Positions 19,855 through 29,757 of a stretch of DNA of 64,000 bases are shown one piece after another. The notes beneath the pieces are model-generated. The model saw only the letters and a list, made by a program, of their open reading frames with translations, ran no database searches and had not been told where the DNA came from. Numbering within the stretch: the stretch's first letter is position 1; every line of letters begins with the position of its first letter. The position numbers were made by a program, and so were the translations under genes. The DNA comes from Gammaproteobacteria bacterium (GTDB taxonomy: Bacteria; Pseudomonadota; Gammaproteobacteria; JAKDMP01). Where the stretch lies: positions 1,918 to 65,917 of the forward strand of contig JBAUSV010000070.1 in the NCBI GenBank assembly GCA_049581885.1, in the 5' to 3' direction.

Positions 19855-22440
19855 CTAGTGCAACGTAACCGTCACGGGCTGGGCACGCGGAATATCATTC
19901 GCCAAGGACACCGGGAAGGCGGAATACGTGTAAGTCACCGTTCCATCCCGACCCAAAAAATCGCCGTAGCTGTACGTGTACACATTCACATAAGGCAGTA
20001 AAGCACCCGCGTAGACGTTATAGGTGGGCGTCGACACACCCGACAGACAGGACGGGTTCGTGAACCCCAAGCCGTTGACGACATCAGCAGCCGCATTGGC
20101 GGATGTCATCACCCGGGTCGGGTTGGCGCACTGGGGCAAAAGTCCGATGGCCTGGTACGATGCTATAGCCCTGCCCACGACGGCCCTGTAAGTGCCATTG
20201 GGCCCCCACAAACCCTCGTTCTCGAAAAAGGTCGCCCTGTCGATTGCAACCGGCGTAGTGGGGTCGCTGCTGGTCGGATCCGGCAACGGATGGCAATCCA
20301 GGGAACCCGCCGCTTGAAAAAAGTCGCAGTCGTTAAACGTATCAAACACCAGATTAGGCGTATCCGCACACAATAGGGTATCGTGCTCATAACCGCCGCT
20401 ACCATCAGGCTTGTAGCCGCATTCGTTTCCCTTCATGGTTCCCAGGACGCTGTCGGCTTCAGGCGCGCAGGTTCCCGACGACTGGCTGAACACCAGTTTG
20501 CCGGCATTGGGACTGGTGCTGCTTGAAGGAACCACTTGTCCTTGCAGTACACATCCGGGAGAATTCGATACCCCGCTGGCATCGACATAGATCGGCGTGG
20601 TCCCCAGATAAGTCCATAATGCGTTGACATACGTATCGTAATAGCCGCTTGGTATCGGATCAAATGCCGCAACCCCGTCGGCCGTGATCGGCGCCAGAAT
20701 CTCCGTGATATTGTCGCCGGCGTCCTTTTGAATGAAATTCTTCATGCCGTTCGTCGCATCGTACTTCCAGGGCGCACCCTGGCTGTCGAAATTGGTCTCG
20801 ACTTCGGAGAATATCGTGGCCTGTGACTTGTTCGAAATCACCCCGAAGCTCGCATCCTGCGTATCCAGGGAAAGCGGCGCAGCGTTACCCATGGCGTTGA
20901 TCGTGGCCAGCATCGATATGAAGTTCACATAGGTTTGGTCGGCCGTCAGTGATTCGCAAATGGTGGCGCTGGTGGGGCAAGAGGCGGAAGACGAGGATTG
21001 CCCGAACAACTTCGTGTAAGTCATTTCAAGCGCCACGAATGCAGGGGGCAACGGAGACGCAGTAGGCGACGGAACATCCTCGCTGTTGAAACCGTTGCCC
21101 CCACGGGTGAAATACACGTTTCCCGATGCACCGTAGGGCATGTAGATCACACCGCCGTCCTTGTCCAGCTCGAGCTGGTCGCTCTGGAAGGACGCGCCCG
21201 GGCTCGAGGCAAGCGTTCCCACACCGCTCGTGGCGGCGAAGTCGACCATGGTTAACCCGCCCGTAGGGTGATAAGCCGCGGCAACGTGCACCTTGTCGCC
21301 GTTGCTGTTGACGACGCGCACAGCCACGTGACCGGCCACGTATTTGACGAAGGTGACGGTCATGTCGTGCTGCACGTAGGTCGCGGTGCTTCCTTTCAGG
21401 CTGATCGATATGGAAGTCGGGTTCGTCGGCAGGGAGTTGAACGTATTGGCCAGCTCGCCATCGACAATGTAGGTTTTCCCGGCAGGGAGCGAACAGGCCG
21501 GGCTGGCGGAAGGCGCAGCGGTATTGCAGGTATAAGTCAGGCTGCTCAGCCCCAGTATGGGAGCCGCGGTGATATCGAGCGTTCTCTGGGATGTGTTCTT
21601 GAACACGAACTCCGGCTTGTAGGTAAACGTGACCGATTGCGAAGGCAGGTTCGCATACAAGGTGTCCGAAACATTCTGCGCGTACTGGAAAGTCATGTCT
21701 TCAGTGGGAGGCTGGGACTGGATCGAAAACGATAACCGGTCGCTCTCGAGCCTCGACGAGCCTTCCTCGGACGCCACCTGTATGGCAACCAAGCCATTCG
21801 GCGCACTTGCGGGTACCGTGGCCGTGACGGTGCAATCGACACCCTGCACCGGGCAGACACCGCCGTTCGTCATTTGCCAACCGCTGGGCGCGCTGACCGT
21901 GTACTGGCCGACACCCGGCGGGGTCGAGGTCGTGGTAAACGCCACATTGACTGTTTGCCCGGGCGCCGCGACGGTGATGGCGCTTCCTGAGACATTGGTG
22001 AGCTTGTCGCTGACCAGACCACCGTTGAGCACATCGATTGCTACGGGAGAAGCCAGGTTCGGCTTGCTTTTCACATCGACCTGCAGCTCGTGGGTATTGC
22101 TGCTGCCCAGATTGGCCTGCGGCGCCCGGCATGAAAAATCGACGGCAGCGCCACCAACCGTAACCTGCTGAGGTTGGCCGCATTCAATCTGCGGCGTCAC
22201 CGTGCCGACATCGACAACCTGGACCGAGAGTGATCCGGAAGTCTGGGTCGAGGACGTCAACGATACCGTGGCGGTAAAAGTGGAACCGGAATCGGCTGTT
22301 GCAGGGATATCGGCATGGGCCGCAATCACGGCCGGAGACGTATTCAAACCTGATGAACTGGTACCCCCGCAGGCGGAAAGCAGTATCACGCATGCAGACG
22401 CAACGGAAGCACCTGCAAACAACCTTGCAAACTTGACCAT
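19855..22440 (-). CDS. large secreted lipoprotein, Ser/Thr/Gly/Asn-rich, unknown function
   Basis: The lipobox is LLSAC. The N-terminal half has Ig-like repeats (TVTATVPASAPNG...). The C-terminal roughly 450 aa has almost no Lys or Glu and has conserved Cys pairs, perhaps a carbohydrate-active or thaumatin-like fold. Confidence 0.6.
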   Translation of the reverse strand: MVKFARLFAGASVASACVILLSACGGTSSSGLNTSPAVIAAHADIPATADSGSTFTATVSLTSSTQTSGSLSVQVVDVGTVTPQIECGQPQQVTVGGAAVDFSCRAPQANLGSSNTHELQVDVKSKPNLASPVAIDVLNGGLVSDKLTNVSGSAITVAAPGQTVNVAFTTTSTPPGVGQYTVSAPSGWQMTNGGVCPVQGVDCTVTATVPASAPNGLVAIQVASEEGSSRLESDRLSFSIQSQPPTEDMTFQYAQNVSDTLYANLPSQSVTFTYKPEFVFKNTSQRTLDITAAPILGLSSLTYTCNTAAPSASPACSLPAGKTYIVDGELANTFNSLPTNPTSISISLKGSTATYVQHDMTVTFVKYVAGHVAVRVVNSNGDKVHVAAAYHPTGGLTMVDFAATSGVGTLASSPGASFQSDQLELDKDGGVIYMPYGASGNVYFTRGGNGFNSEDVPSPTASPLPPAFVALEMTYTKLFGQSSSSASCPTSATICESLTADQTYVNFISMLATINAMGNAAPLSLDTQDASFGVISNKSQATIFSEVETNFDSQGAPWKYDATNGMKNFIQKDAGDNITEILAPITADGVAAFDPIPSGYYDTYVNALWTYLGTTPIYVDASGVSNSPGCVLQGQVVPSSSTSPNAGKLVFSQSSGTCAPEADSVLGTMKGNECGYKPDGSGGYEHDTLLCADTPNLVFDTFNDCDFFQAAGSLDCHPLPDPTSSDPTTPVAIDRATFFENEGLWGPNGTYRAVVGRAIASYQAIGLLPQCANPTRVMTSANAAADVVNGLGFTNPSCLSGVSTPTYNVYAGALLPYVNVYTYSYGDFLGRDGTVTYTYSAFPVSLANDIPRAQPVTVTLH

Positions 22441-22578
22441 ACCAAGGGTTCCCTTTTATTGAGATTAGATAATAAGTGAACGTAGTATTCCCAGTATCGC
22501 CTGCACGGTCAAGTTTCTCCGCTACCCGACATCACCGGCTCAGTGCTGAAAATATTCGTTTATTCGCCGATGTTATAA

Positions 22579-23367
22579 CTATTCGAGTCTGAAGAATGCA
22601 CGCGCCGCCGCGCATGTATGTTCGGCAAGAGAGGCAACGGACTCGCCCCGGGCGCTGGCCACGACCTGTGCAATATGCGGCAACCACATCGGCTCATTGC
22701 GGCGCGTTTGGGGACGCGGCTTTAAGTCGCGGGGCAGCAGGTACGGCGCGTCGGTTTCCAGCATCAGCTTGCCCGCCGGTATGTCCGGCACCACGTCCAG
22801 CAGGTGTCTGCCCCGACGCTCGTCGCAGATCCATCCGGTCACGCCAATATGGAAGCCGCGCTCCAGGTAATGCCCGAGCTCGCCCGCCTCGCCCGTGAAG
22901 CAATGCACCACGGTCGGCGGGAGCTGGCCCTCGAATTCGTCGAGGATGGCGATGAAATCGTCGTGGGCATCGCGCTGGTGCAGGAAGAGCGGCAGGTCGT
23001 GCGCAATCGCCAGCCGGATTTGCGCCTCGAAAGCCGTGCGCTGCACATCGTGAGGAGAAAAGTCGCGGAAGTAATCGAGTCCGCACTCGCCCGCAGCCAC
23101 CACGCCGGGTTCGGACAGCATGGCATCCAGCGTAGCCTCGACGCCGGCATCGAAACCGGCTGCCTGGTGCGGGTGCACTCCCACGGTGGCACTCAGCACG
23201 TCGGGCCATTGCGCGGCCAGGTCGATCGCTGCCCGGCTGTGTTCCACATCAGCGCCGGTCACGATCATGTGCGATACGCCGGCTTCCCGGGCCCGCTCCA
23301 TGACCGCCTCGCGATCCGCGCCGAAACTGTCGTGCGTGAGATTTGCCCCAATGTCGATGAACTCCAT
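22579..23367 (-). CDS. TatD family deoxyribonuclease/hydrolase
   Basis: Metal-binding His/Asp/Glu pattern (DIGANLTH...HCFTG...ETDAPYL). Confidence 0.8.
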   Translation of the reverse strand: MEFIDIGANLTHDSFGADREAVMERAREAGVSHMIVTGADVEHSRAAIDLAAQWPDVLSATVGVHPHQAAGFDAGVEATLDAMLSEPGVVAAGECGLDYFRDFSPHDVQRTAFEAQIRLAIAHDLPLFLHQRDAHDDFIAILDEFEGQLPPTVVHCFTGEAGELGHYLERGFHIGVTGWICDERRGRHLLDVVPDIPAGKLMLETDAPYLLPRDLKPRPQTRRNEPMWLPHIAQVVASARGESVASLAEHTCAAARAFFRLE

Positions 23368-23432
23368 TATTTGCCCTTTCCTCCACAGTCTCTGCTAAGC
23401 TTCATGTCTCTGCCCCGGAGTTGAATCAAGCG

Positions 23433-23900
23433 ATGAGCGAACCGGATTGGACAACCCATATCCTCAACGGTGCGGCGTGGCGGCGCTTCGGAATCATGGT
23501 CCTGCTGGTGCCGATTCTCGGTTGTGTCGGCTTCTTTATTGCCTTCACCGCCCTGTTCCAATTCCTCAGTGTCCTGGCCAACGGAGAAACCACCTCCAAT
23601 ATGCGTCATTGCGGCGAAGATCTGAGCCGCTACGCCACGGCTATCATCGACTTTCTCACCTACAATTCGGAACACCGTCCGTTCCCCTTTGCCTCACCGT
23701 CCACGGGCAGCAGCACAGCCACTGAGCTCACAAAAACACCCGAGGATACCGCAAAGAAAAAACCGGCCGCGCGCAAGACCAGCCCGCGCAAGCGAAGCAC
23801 TGCCAAAAAAACAACCAAGCGTACTACGTCAACATCGAAAAAGACGAGTGCCGGCAGTACACGCGCTACCACGCCATCGCCGGACAAGCCGTCGGAGTAA
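23433..23900 (+). CDS. membrane protein with a Lys/Thr-rich C-terminal tail
   Basis: Two hydrophobic helices are followed by a roughly 70-aa low-complexity basic tail (AKKKPAARKTSPRKRSTAKKTTKR). It may instead start at the TTG at 23421. Confidence 0.5.
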   Translation: MSEPDWTTHILNGAAWRRFGIMVLLVPILGCVGFFIAFTALFQFLSVLANGETTSNMRHCGEDLSRYATAIIDFLTYNSEHRPFPFASPSTGSSTATELTKTPEDTAKKKPAARKTSPRKRSTAKKTTKRTTSTSKKTSAGSTRATTPSPDKPSE

Positions 23901-23909
23901 GGATCGCGA

Positions 23910-24731
23910 TCAGCTGACAAACAAGTCAGTCGCCAGAGACGCCCCCGGCTTGACTGCATACCCGGAAAAATCGGTAATCCCGGTCTCGGCCAGCACCTCT
24001 TCGTCGATGAAATGGTGTCCCGTGCAATCCCGGCTCGGACGCACAAGAATTGCGTGAACGGCGTCCGCCACGATCTCGGGCTTGCGGCACTGTTCCGGTT
24101 GCACCACCCCGCCCAGCATCGCCAGCGCCGCAGTCGCAATCACGGTGCGCGGCCACAGCGTATTGACGGCAATGCCCTGCTCGGCGAATTCCGCCGCCAT
24201 GCCCAATGCACACAGACTCATCCCGTACTTGCTGATCGTGTAGGCCGTGTGGTCGCGGAACCAGCGAGGATTCAGGTCCGGCGGTGGCGACATGTTCAGA
24301 ATGTGCGGATTATCCGCCTGCTTGAGCCACGGTAGACAAGCCTGCGAACATATGAAAGTGCCGCGTATGTTGACGTTGAACATCAGATCGAGGCGCTTGG
24401 CGGGAGTGTCGGCGGTCCCCGCGAGCCAGATGGCACTCGCGTTATTGACCAGGATATCTATACCGCCAAAGTGCTCGGCAGTTTGCGCTACAGCTCTGGC
24501 CACTGCGTCCTCGTCGCGGATATCGACCGCAAGCGGCAAGGCCTGACCACCCGCTTTCTCCACCGCCTGGGATGTGGTATGGATCGTGCCCGGCAGTTTG
24601 GGATTGGGCCGGCTGGTTTTGGCAACGACCGCGATATTGGCGCCATCGCGCGCGGCACGCTCCGCGATGGCCGCGCCAATTCCACGGCTGGCACCGGTAA
24701 TAAACAGTGTTTTACCTTTCAGGTTGGCCAT
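23910..24731 (-). CDS. SDR family oxidoreductase
   Basis: TGASRGIGAA and YTISK motifs, with the ATG at 24731. Confidence 0.8.
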   Translation of the reverse strand: MANLKGKTLFITGASRGIGAAIAERAARDGANIAVVAKTSRPNPKLPGTIHTTSQAVEKAGGQALPLAVDIRDEDAVARAVAQTAEHFGGIDILVNNASAIWLAGTADTPAKRLDLMFNVNIRGTFICSQACLPWLKQADNPHILNMSPPPDLNPRWFRDHTAYTISKYGMSLCALGMAAEFAEQGIAVNTLWPRTVIATAALAMLGGVVQPEQCRKPEIVADAVHAILVRPSRDCTGHHFIDEEVLAETGITDFSGYAVKPGASLATDLFVS

Positions 24732-24779
24732 GATTTGCTCTCGGACAAATAAAGCCACAGTATAAGGACTGCTGTCTGC

Positions 24780-25649
24780 ATGGAAATATACATGGCCTAC
24801 ACCACCCTGATCTCTGCTGCCGATCTGAAAGAACACATCGGGCGTCCCGGCTGGCGGGTATTCGACTGCCGTTGCTCGGCCAATGATCCTTCGGTAGGAA
24901 AAAAACTATACCGTGATGGTCATATTCCCGGTGCCCGCCATGCCGACCTCGACCGTGTCCTCGCGGCACCGCGGGGGCCATATACAGGTCGTCATCCCTT
25001 GCCCCAGCCCGAAAAACTTGCGGCATGGTTGGGCGCGGAAGGCGTGAGCGAGCACACACAAATGGTGGTGTATGACGACACCGGTGGTGCCTTCGCAGCC
25101 CGTTTGTGGTGGTTGGCGCGTTGGCTGGGACATGATGCGGTGGCTTTACTCGATGGCGGCATTCAGGCCTGGCGGTCAGTCGGCGGTAAGCTAAAAAGAG
25201 GCAACGCTGCCACTCCCGAGGCGGCGCTGTTCAATCCCCGGGAATCTCTGGTCAAAATGGTGGATGTACACGAAGTGGCACGTATCGTCTCGCACCGGCA
25301 TTCGGGGCGTCTGGTCGATGCCCGAACCCGGATGCGTTATCTGGGCGAGCACGAACCCATCGACCCCGTCGCCGGTCACATTCCCGGCGCTCGCAACCGT
25401 CCCTTCAGCGAAAATCTCAATGTCGAGGGAAAATTTCTGCTCCCCGGTCAACTGCGGACACGCTTTTCCGCGCTGGCCCGTGACCCGCATGTGGTAATCC
25501 ATTATTGCGGATCGGGTGTGACCGCGTGTCATAACGTGCTGGCCATGGAGCATGCCGGGTTTGGCGGCTCACGGCTGTATCCCGGCTCCTGGAGCGAGTG
25601 GATTCGCGACCCGCAGCGCCCCGTGGAACGCGGTGCGCCTGGAACCTGA
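24780..25649 (+). CDS. rhodanese-like sulfurtransferase (3-mercaptopyruvate/thiosulfate type)
   Basis: Two rhodanese domains with the active-site loop CGSGVTAC. The start is 24780 or 24792. Confidence 0.8.
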   Translation: MEIYMAYTTLISAADLKEHIGRPGWRVFDCRCSANDPSVGKKLYRDGHIPGARHADLDRVLAAPRGPYTGRHPLPQPEKLAAWLGAEGVSEHTQMVVYDDTGGAFAARLWWLARWLGHDAVALLDGGIQAWRSVGGKLKRGNAATPEAALFNPRESLVKMVDVHEVARIVSHRHSGRLVDARTRMRYLGEHEPIDPVAGHIPGARNRPFSENLNVEGKFLLPGQLRTRFSALARDPHVVIHYCGSGVTACHNVLAMEHAGFGGSRLYPGSWSEWIRDPQRPVERGAPGT

Positions 25650-25717
25650 GTGATGGCAGAATGTTTTTCTTCCCCGGGTTGGTAAACTACGCGCTTGTGT
25701 AACTTGGGGAGAACGAC

Positions 25718-26860
25718 GTGGATTTCGCGTTGACCGAAGAACAAGCCATGATCAGCGAGCTGGCCCAGAAGTTCGCGCGGGAAGTGATTTCCCCCCACGC
25801 GACAGAATTCGACGCCAAGGCCGAATTTCCCGATGATATAGTCGGCCAGGCGCGCGAACTCGGCCTGATGAACGTGAGTGTGCCCGAAGAATTCGGCGGC
25901 ACCGGCGGCTCGGTACTCGATCTGATCCTGGTCGCCGAACAACTCGGCTGGGGCTGCTCCGGCATTGCGCTCGCGATCCTGCTCAATAACCTCGCCGCCG
26001 ACCCCATCAATGTCGCCGCCAACGACGAACAGCGCAAGAAGTATTTCGGCCTGCTCTCTGAAAGCTTCGGTGCCTACGCCCTGACCGAGCCCTCGGCCGG
26101 TTCTGACGTGAGCGCCATCAAGACCCGCGCCGAACGCAAGGGAAAGGAATGGGTTCTGAACGGCCAGAAAATCTGGATCAGCAACGCCAGCGTGGCGCAA
26201 TTCTTTGTCGTGTTCGCCAAAACCGCTCCGGACAAGGGCACCTACGGCATCACCGCCTTCCTGGTGGACCGCGACACCAAGGGGCTGTCCGTCGGCAAAC
26301 CGCTGGCCAAGATGGGGCAAAAAGCCTCCCCGGCCTGCGAAGTGTTCCTGGAAGATGTCGTCTTGGGTGACGCACAGCGGCTCGGCAAGGAAAACGAGGG
26401 CTTCAAGATCGCGATGCGCGTCTTTGACCGCTCCCGTCCCATGGTCGGCGCCATGGCGACCGGGCTCTCCCAACGCGCGCTGGACGAATCGCTGAGCTAC
26501 GCGACCGAACGCCAGTCCTTCGGCAAAGCCATCATCGAACACCAGGCCGTCGGCTTCAAGATCTCCGAAATGGGTATGCGTACAGAAGCTGCACGCCTGC
26601 TCGCCCGCAAGGCGGCGTGGGCCAAGGACCATGGTCTCAACAACACCCTGCTGGCGTCCTACGCCAAAGCCTACGGTTCGGACACCGGTATGTGGGCGGC
26701 CACGGAAGCAACCCAGATTCTGGGCGGCTATGGCTACAGCCGCGAATACCCCACCGAAAAACTGATGCGCGATGCCAAGGTGATGCAGCTCTACGAGGGC
26801 ACCAATGAAATCCAGCGTCTCGTCATGCAACGACAACTGGTCAAACTCGGCAATGTTTGA
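25718..26860 (+). CDS. acyl-CoA dehydrogenase
   Basis: Full-length ACAD fold motifs (YALTEPSAGSD...QILGGYGY) with a GTG start. Confidence 0.85.
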   Translation: MDFALTEEQAMISELAQKFAREVISPHATEFDAKAEFPDDIVGQARELGLMNVSVPEEFGGTGGSVLDLILVAEQLGWGCSGIALAILLNNLAADPINVAANDEQRKKYFGLLSESFGAYALTEPSAGSDVSAIKTRAERKGKEWVLNGQKIWISNASVAQFFVVFAKTAPDKGTYGITAFLVDRDTKGLSVGKPLAKMGQKASPACEVFLEDVVLGDAQRLGKENEGFKIAMRVFDRSRPMVGAMATGLSQRALDESLSYATERQSFGKAIIEHQAVGFKISEMGMRTEAARLLARKAAWAKDHGLNNTLLASYAKAYGSDTGMWAATEATQILGGYGYSREYPTEKLMRDAKVMQLYEGTNEIQRLVMQRQLVKLGNV

Positions 26861-26951
26861 AGATTATTTCGCCGGTTCGCATACCTATATGCTTATAGGC
26901 ACAGAGTTTTTCTGCCTCTGGTACAGCGACAATCATCTCCGCAAAACTGAC

Positions 26952-26975
26952 AATAACTGACAAATATGTCAGTTA
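26952..26975. promoter_or_regulatory. 10-4-10 inverted repeat upstream of the pilin promoter (candidate enhancer/operator)
   Basis: ATAACTGACA-aata-TGTCAGTTAT, with adjacent ACTGACAA direct repeats and TGTG/TGTC runs, about 120-140 bp upstream of the -24 element. Confidence 0.35.
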
Positions 26976-27090
26976 TTGTGTTGTGTTGAGTATTTGCCTT
27001 GATCGGCAATTATTCGTTCAACATAAAAAGACTCTCTAACACATTGTTTAACAAAGTTATTTATATTTATTTGTGCTGAAGGCCATATTA

Positions 27091-27106
27091 TGGCACATTT
27101 CTTGCA
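27091..27106 (+). promoter_or_regulatory. sigma-54 (RpoN) -24/-12 promoter
   Basis: TGGCAC-atttc-TTGCA gives GG-N10-GC exact consensus spacing, about 45 nt upstream of the pilin start. Confidence 0.6.
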
Positions 27107-27149
27107 GCGTTTATAACAGGAAACCCCGCACGAGGCGCATGGAGCGTCA

Positions 27150-27603
27150 AATGGTTACCAAAAGAAACGGATTCGCTCTGATCGAACTAATGATCGTGGT
27201 GGCAATTATTGCCATCCTAGCGACCATTGCGCTTCCGTTCTATCTGAATTACACATCCCGGGCCCAGGGATCGGAAGCCTTGGTATTGGCCAGCACCGCC
27301 AGAAGTGCCGTCGTCTCCTACTACACGGAAAATGGCGCCTGGCCGGCCAACAACAGAACTGCGGGTCTGGCACTGCCGAATCAAATCAACGGCAAATACG
27401 TCAGATCAGTCACCGTTACCGAGGTCAACCACAGCAACCTGATAACGGTACGTTTCAAATCCCAAGGGGTGGTCAAACCTCTGCAAAACAAGAATCTGTA
27501 CTTGTCGTCTCTTACCACGGGCACCGGCGTGGAATGGATATGCAAGGTGGACAGCTTGCAAATGTATCAATTTGTACCCACAAGCTGCCGTAACATCCAT
27601 TGA
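27150..27603 (+). CDS. pilA: type IVa major pilin
   Basis: Prepilin leader MVTKRNG followed by FALIELMIVVAIIAILATIALP (the class III signal-peptide cleavage site), and two C-terminal Cys. An alternative ATG lies at 27138. Confidence 0.8.
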
Positions 27604-27723
27604 ACACATCACCCTTCCCGTCGCTATGGTGACGGACACATCCTGGACCCGCTTCGGCGGGTCTTTTTTTATCCGTAGCGTTACACTACCCATAGGCTTC
27701 CTGGTTCACCCAAAGGATTCGTT

Positions 27724-29145
27724 GTGGATACCGACGCACTAAAACAATTCTGCTCAGACACCTGGGACAAGCAGATTATTCCGGCCCTGCAGGACTACAT
27801 CCGTATTCCCGCCAAGTCACCGAACTTCGATGCCGATTGGGAAGCCAACGGCCATATCGAGAAGGCCGTGCAGCTGGCTGCCAACTGGTGCAAAAAAAAC
27901 GCACTGCCGGACATGCAGCTCGAAATCCATCGCCTCCCCGGACGCACGCCACTGCTGTTCATAGAGATTCCAGGCACCATCGAGAATGCCGCAGACAAAC
28001 CCTGTATCCTGCTCTACGGGCATCTGGACAAGCAGCCCGAATTCGACGGCTGGCGCGAAGGTCTGGCCCCTTGGGAGCCGGTTATTCAGGACGGCAAGCT
28101 CTACGGTCGTGGTGGCGCCGATGACGGCTATGCCGTATTTGGCTCGCTTACGGCTATCCGCGCACTCCGCGAACAGAATATCCCGCACGCACGCTGCGTC
28201 ATCGTCATCGAGCTCTGCGAGGAAAGCGGCAGCTTCGATCTGCCGCATCATTTCGAAGCGCTGGCGGAGCGGATCGGCACGCCTGATCTGGTGGTCTGCC
28301 TCGACGCCGAATGTGGCAATTACGACCAGTTTTGGTGCACCACCTCACTGCGAGGCAACCTGGTCGGTACGCTCTCGGTCGATATTCTGACCGAAGGTGT
28401 ACATTCGGGCGGCTCGGGCGGCGTCGTGCCATCCAGCTTTAGGATTATTCGCTATCTTCTTGATAGAATTGAGGATTCTTCAAACGGTTTTATCAAAACA
28501 TCCGCCCTGCAAGTCGAGATTCCTGCGCCACGTCTACAACAGGCACGCGAAGCCGCAACAGCGCTCGGCGAAGAAGCATGGCAGCGTTTCCCGTTCGTGG
28601 AAGGCGCCCATCCCAGCCAGTCCGATCCGGTCGAGCAACTGCTCGACAACACTTGGCGAGCCTGCCTGGAAGCGACCGGCGCCGCCGGATTTCCGGCACC
28701 ATCGTCAGCAGGTAATGTGCTGCGTCCGCGCAGTACCTTCAAATTATCCCTTAGGCTGCCCCCTTCGGCCGATCCGAAGACGGCCGCCACCGAAGTCAAG
28801 AGAATACTCGAGAGCGATCCGCCGGCTGGTGCCCATGTGCGTTTCGAAGCCGAGTCGACGATGGGGGGCTGGGATGCACCACCGGTCGCCGACTGGCTGG
28901 CTGATGCCATGCAAAAAGCCTCACAAAACCACTTTGGAAAGAATGCTCTTTACATGGGCACCGGCGGCAGTATTCCCTTTATGGGTATGCTGGGTGAACA
29001 GTTCCCCGAGGCACAGTTTCTGGTGACGGGCCTGCTTGGCCCCCACGCCAACGCACACGGTCCCAACGAGTTCCTGCATATTGAGACCGGCAAGCGCCTG
29101 ACCGCCTGTGTAGCCGAAGTCATCATGGCCCACGTAGCCCGGTAA
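27724..29145 (+). CDS. M20 family metallopeptidase (dipeptidase-like)
   Basis: M20 metal-binding motifs (LLYGHLDKQP, GRGGADDG, ELCEESGS) with a GTG start. Confidence 0.8.
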   Translation: MDTDALKQFCSDTWDKQIIPALQDYIRIPAKSPNFDADWEANGHIEKAVQLAANWCKKNALPDMQLEIHRLPGRTPLLFIEIPGTIENAADKPCILLYGHLDKQPEFDGWREGLAPWEPVIQDGKLYGRGGADDGYAVFGSLTAIRALREQNIPHARCVIVIELCEESGSFDLPHHFEALAERIGTPDLVVCLDAECGNYDQFWCTTSLRGNLVGTLSVDILTEGVHSGGSGGVVPSSFRIIRYLLDRIEDSSNGFIKTSALQVEIPAPRLQQAREAATALGEEAWQRFPFVEGAHPSQSDPVEQLLDNTWRACLEATGAAGFPAPSSAGNVLRPRSTFKLSLRLPPSADPKTAATEVKRILESDPPAGAHVRFEAESTMGGWDAPPVADWLADAMQKASQNHFGKNALYMGTGGSIPFMGMLGEQFPEAQFLVTGLLGPHANAHGPNEFLHIETGKRLTACVAEVIMAHVAR

Positions 29146-29168
29146 CTATTCGTATTATTTCCATAAAA

Positions 29169-29214
29169 GTGAGCTTGCTCGCGATTCTTGCGGATTAATC
29201 GCGAGCAAGCTCAC
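29169..29214. terminator. 18-bp-stem hairpin between convergent genes
   Basis: GTGAGCTTGCTCGCGATT-loop-AATCGCGAGCAAGCTCAC is a perfect inverted repeat. There is no U-tract, so this may be a bidirectional terminator or an RNA-stability element. Confidence 0.45.
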
Positions 29215-29241
29215 TCCTGCCTAGGATGTACTTCAAGCTGC

Positions 29242-29757
29242 CTATTTTTTCGCCGCCGCTTTGATCCGTGCCCATGCCTCGGCGCTAGCCGGTGCTACCG
29301 CGGCATGACCGGATGGGTACGGTAACTGCTGCCCGAGCTCCCCAAAGGAGACCACCTGCTCGGGCTGTGCCCGGGGCACCATGAGGCCATCGGCCAGCAC
29401 CACATAACCCTGCACCGGCACTTGCCCGGCAAGCAGGCGTACAGCAGTCAGCTTGTGCTCCAACAACAGCAAGGGGTTGGGAAACGTGAACCGCCGGCGC
29501 TTACCCATCAACGACCATTCCGGCAGACGCTCTCCGGCAATCAGCCGCCCTGCCCCTTCCAGCAGATCAAGCACATAAAACCCCTCGGGACGCAGCAACA
29601 CATGCTCAACGTGTACAAAGCTCTCCACGCCGTCGGGCAGTACAAAATCATTGCAGGTATCGAGGGCCAGGCGGCGCACCCGGTGGCGCCAGCGCCAGGT
29701 CTGAAAGGCACTCACCAGGTTATGCGTCCGCTCAATGCCTGCAAAAACATTACCCAA
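29242..29757 (-). CDS. NERD-like (nuclease-related domain) protein
   Basis: VEHVLLRPEGFYVLDLLEGAGRLIAGERLPEW resembles the NERD core. Its 5' end overlaps the neighbouring ORF by about 46 nt, so the true start may be internal. Confidence 0.4.
   Translation of the reverse strand: MGNVFAGIERTHNLVSAFQTWRWRHRVRRLALDTCNDFVLPDGVESFVHVEHVLLRPEGFYVLDLLEGAGRLIAGERLPEWSLMGKRRRFTFPNPLLLLEHKLTAVRLLAGQVPVQGYVVLADGLMVPRAQPEQVVSFGELGQQLPYPSGHAAVAPASAEAWARIKAAAKK

Noticed and set aside
25529-26836. 435-aa ORF antisense to the acyl-CoA dehydrogenase gene
   Set aside because: Same reasoning: the sense strand encodes a full-length ACAD and the antisense translation is low-complexity.
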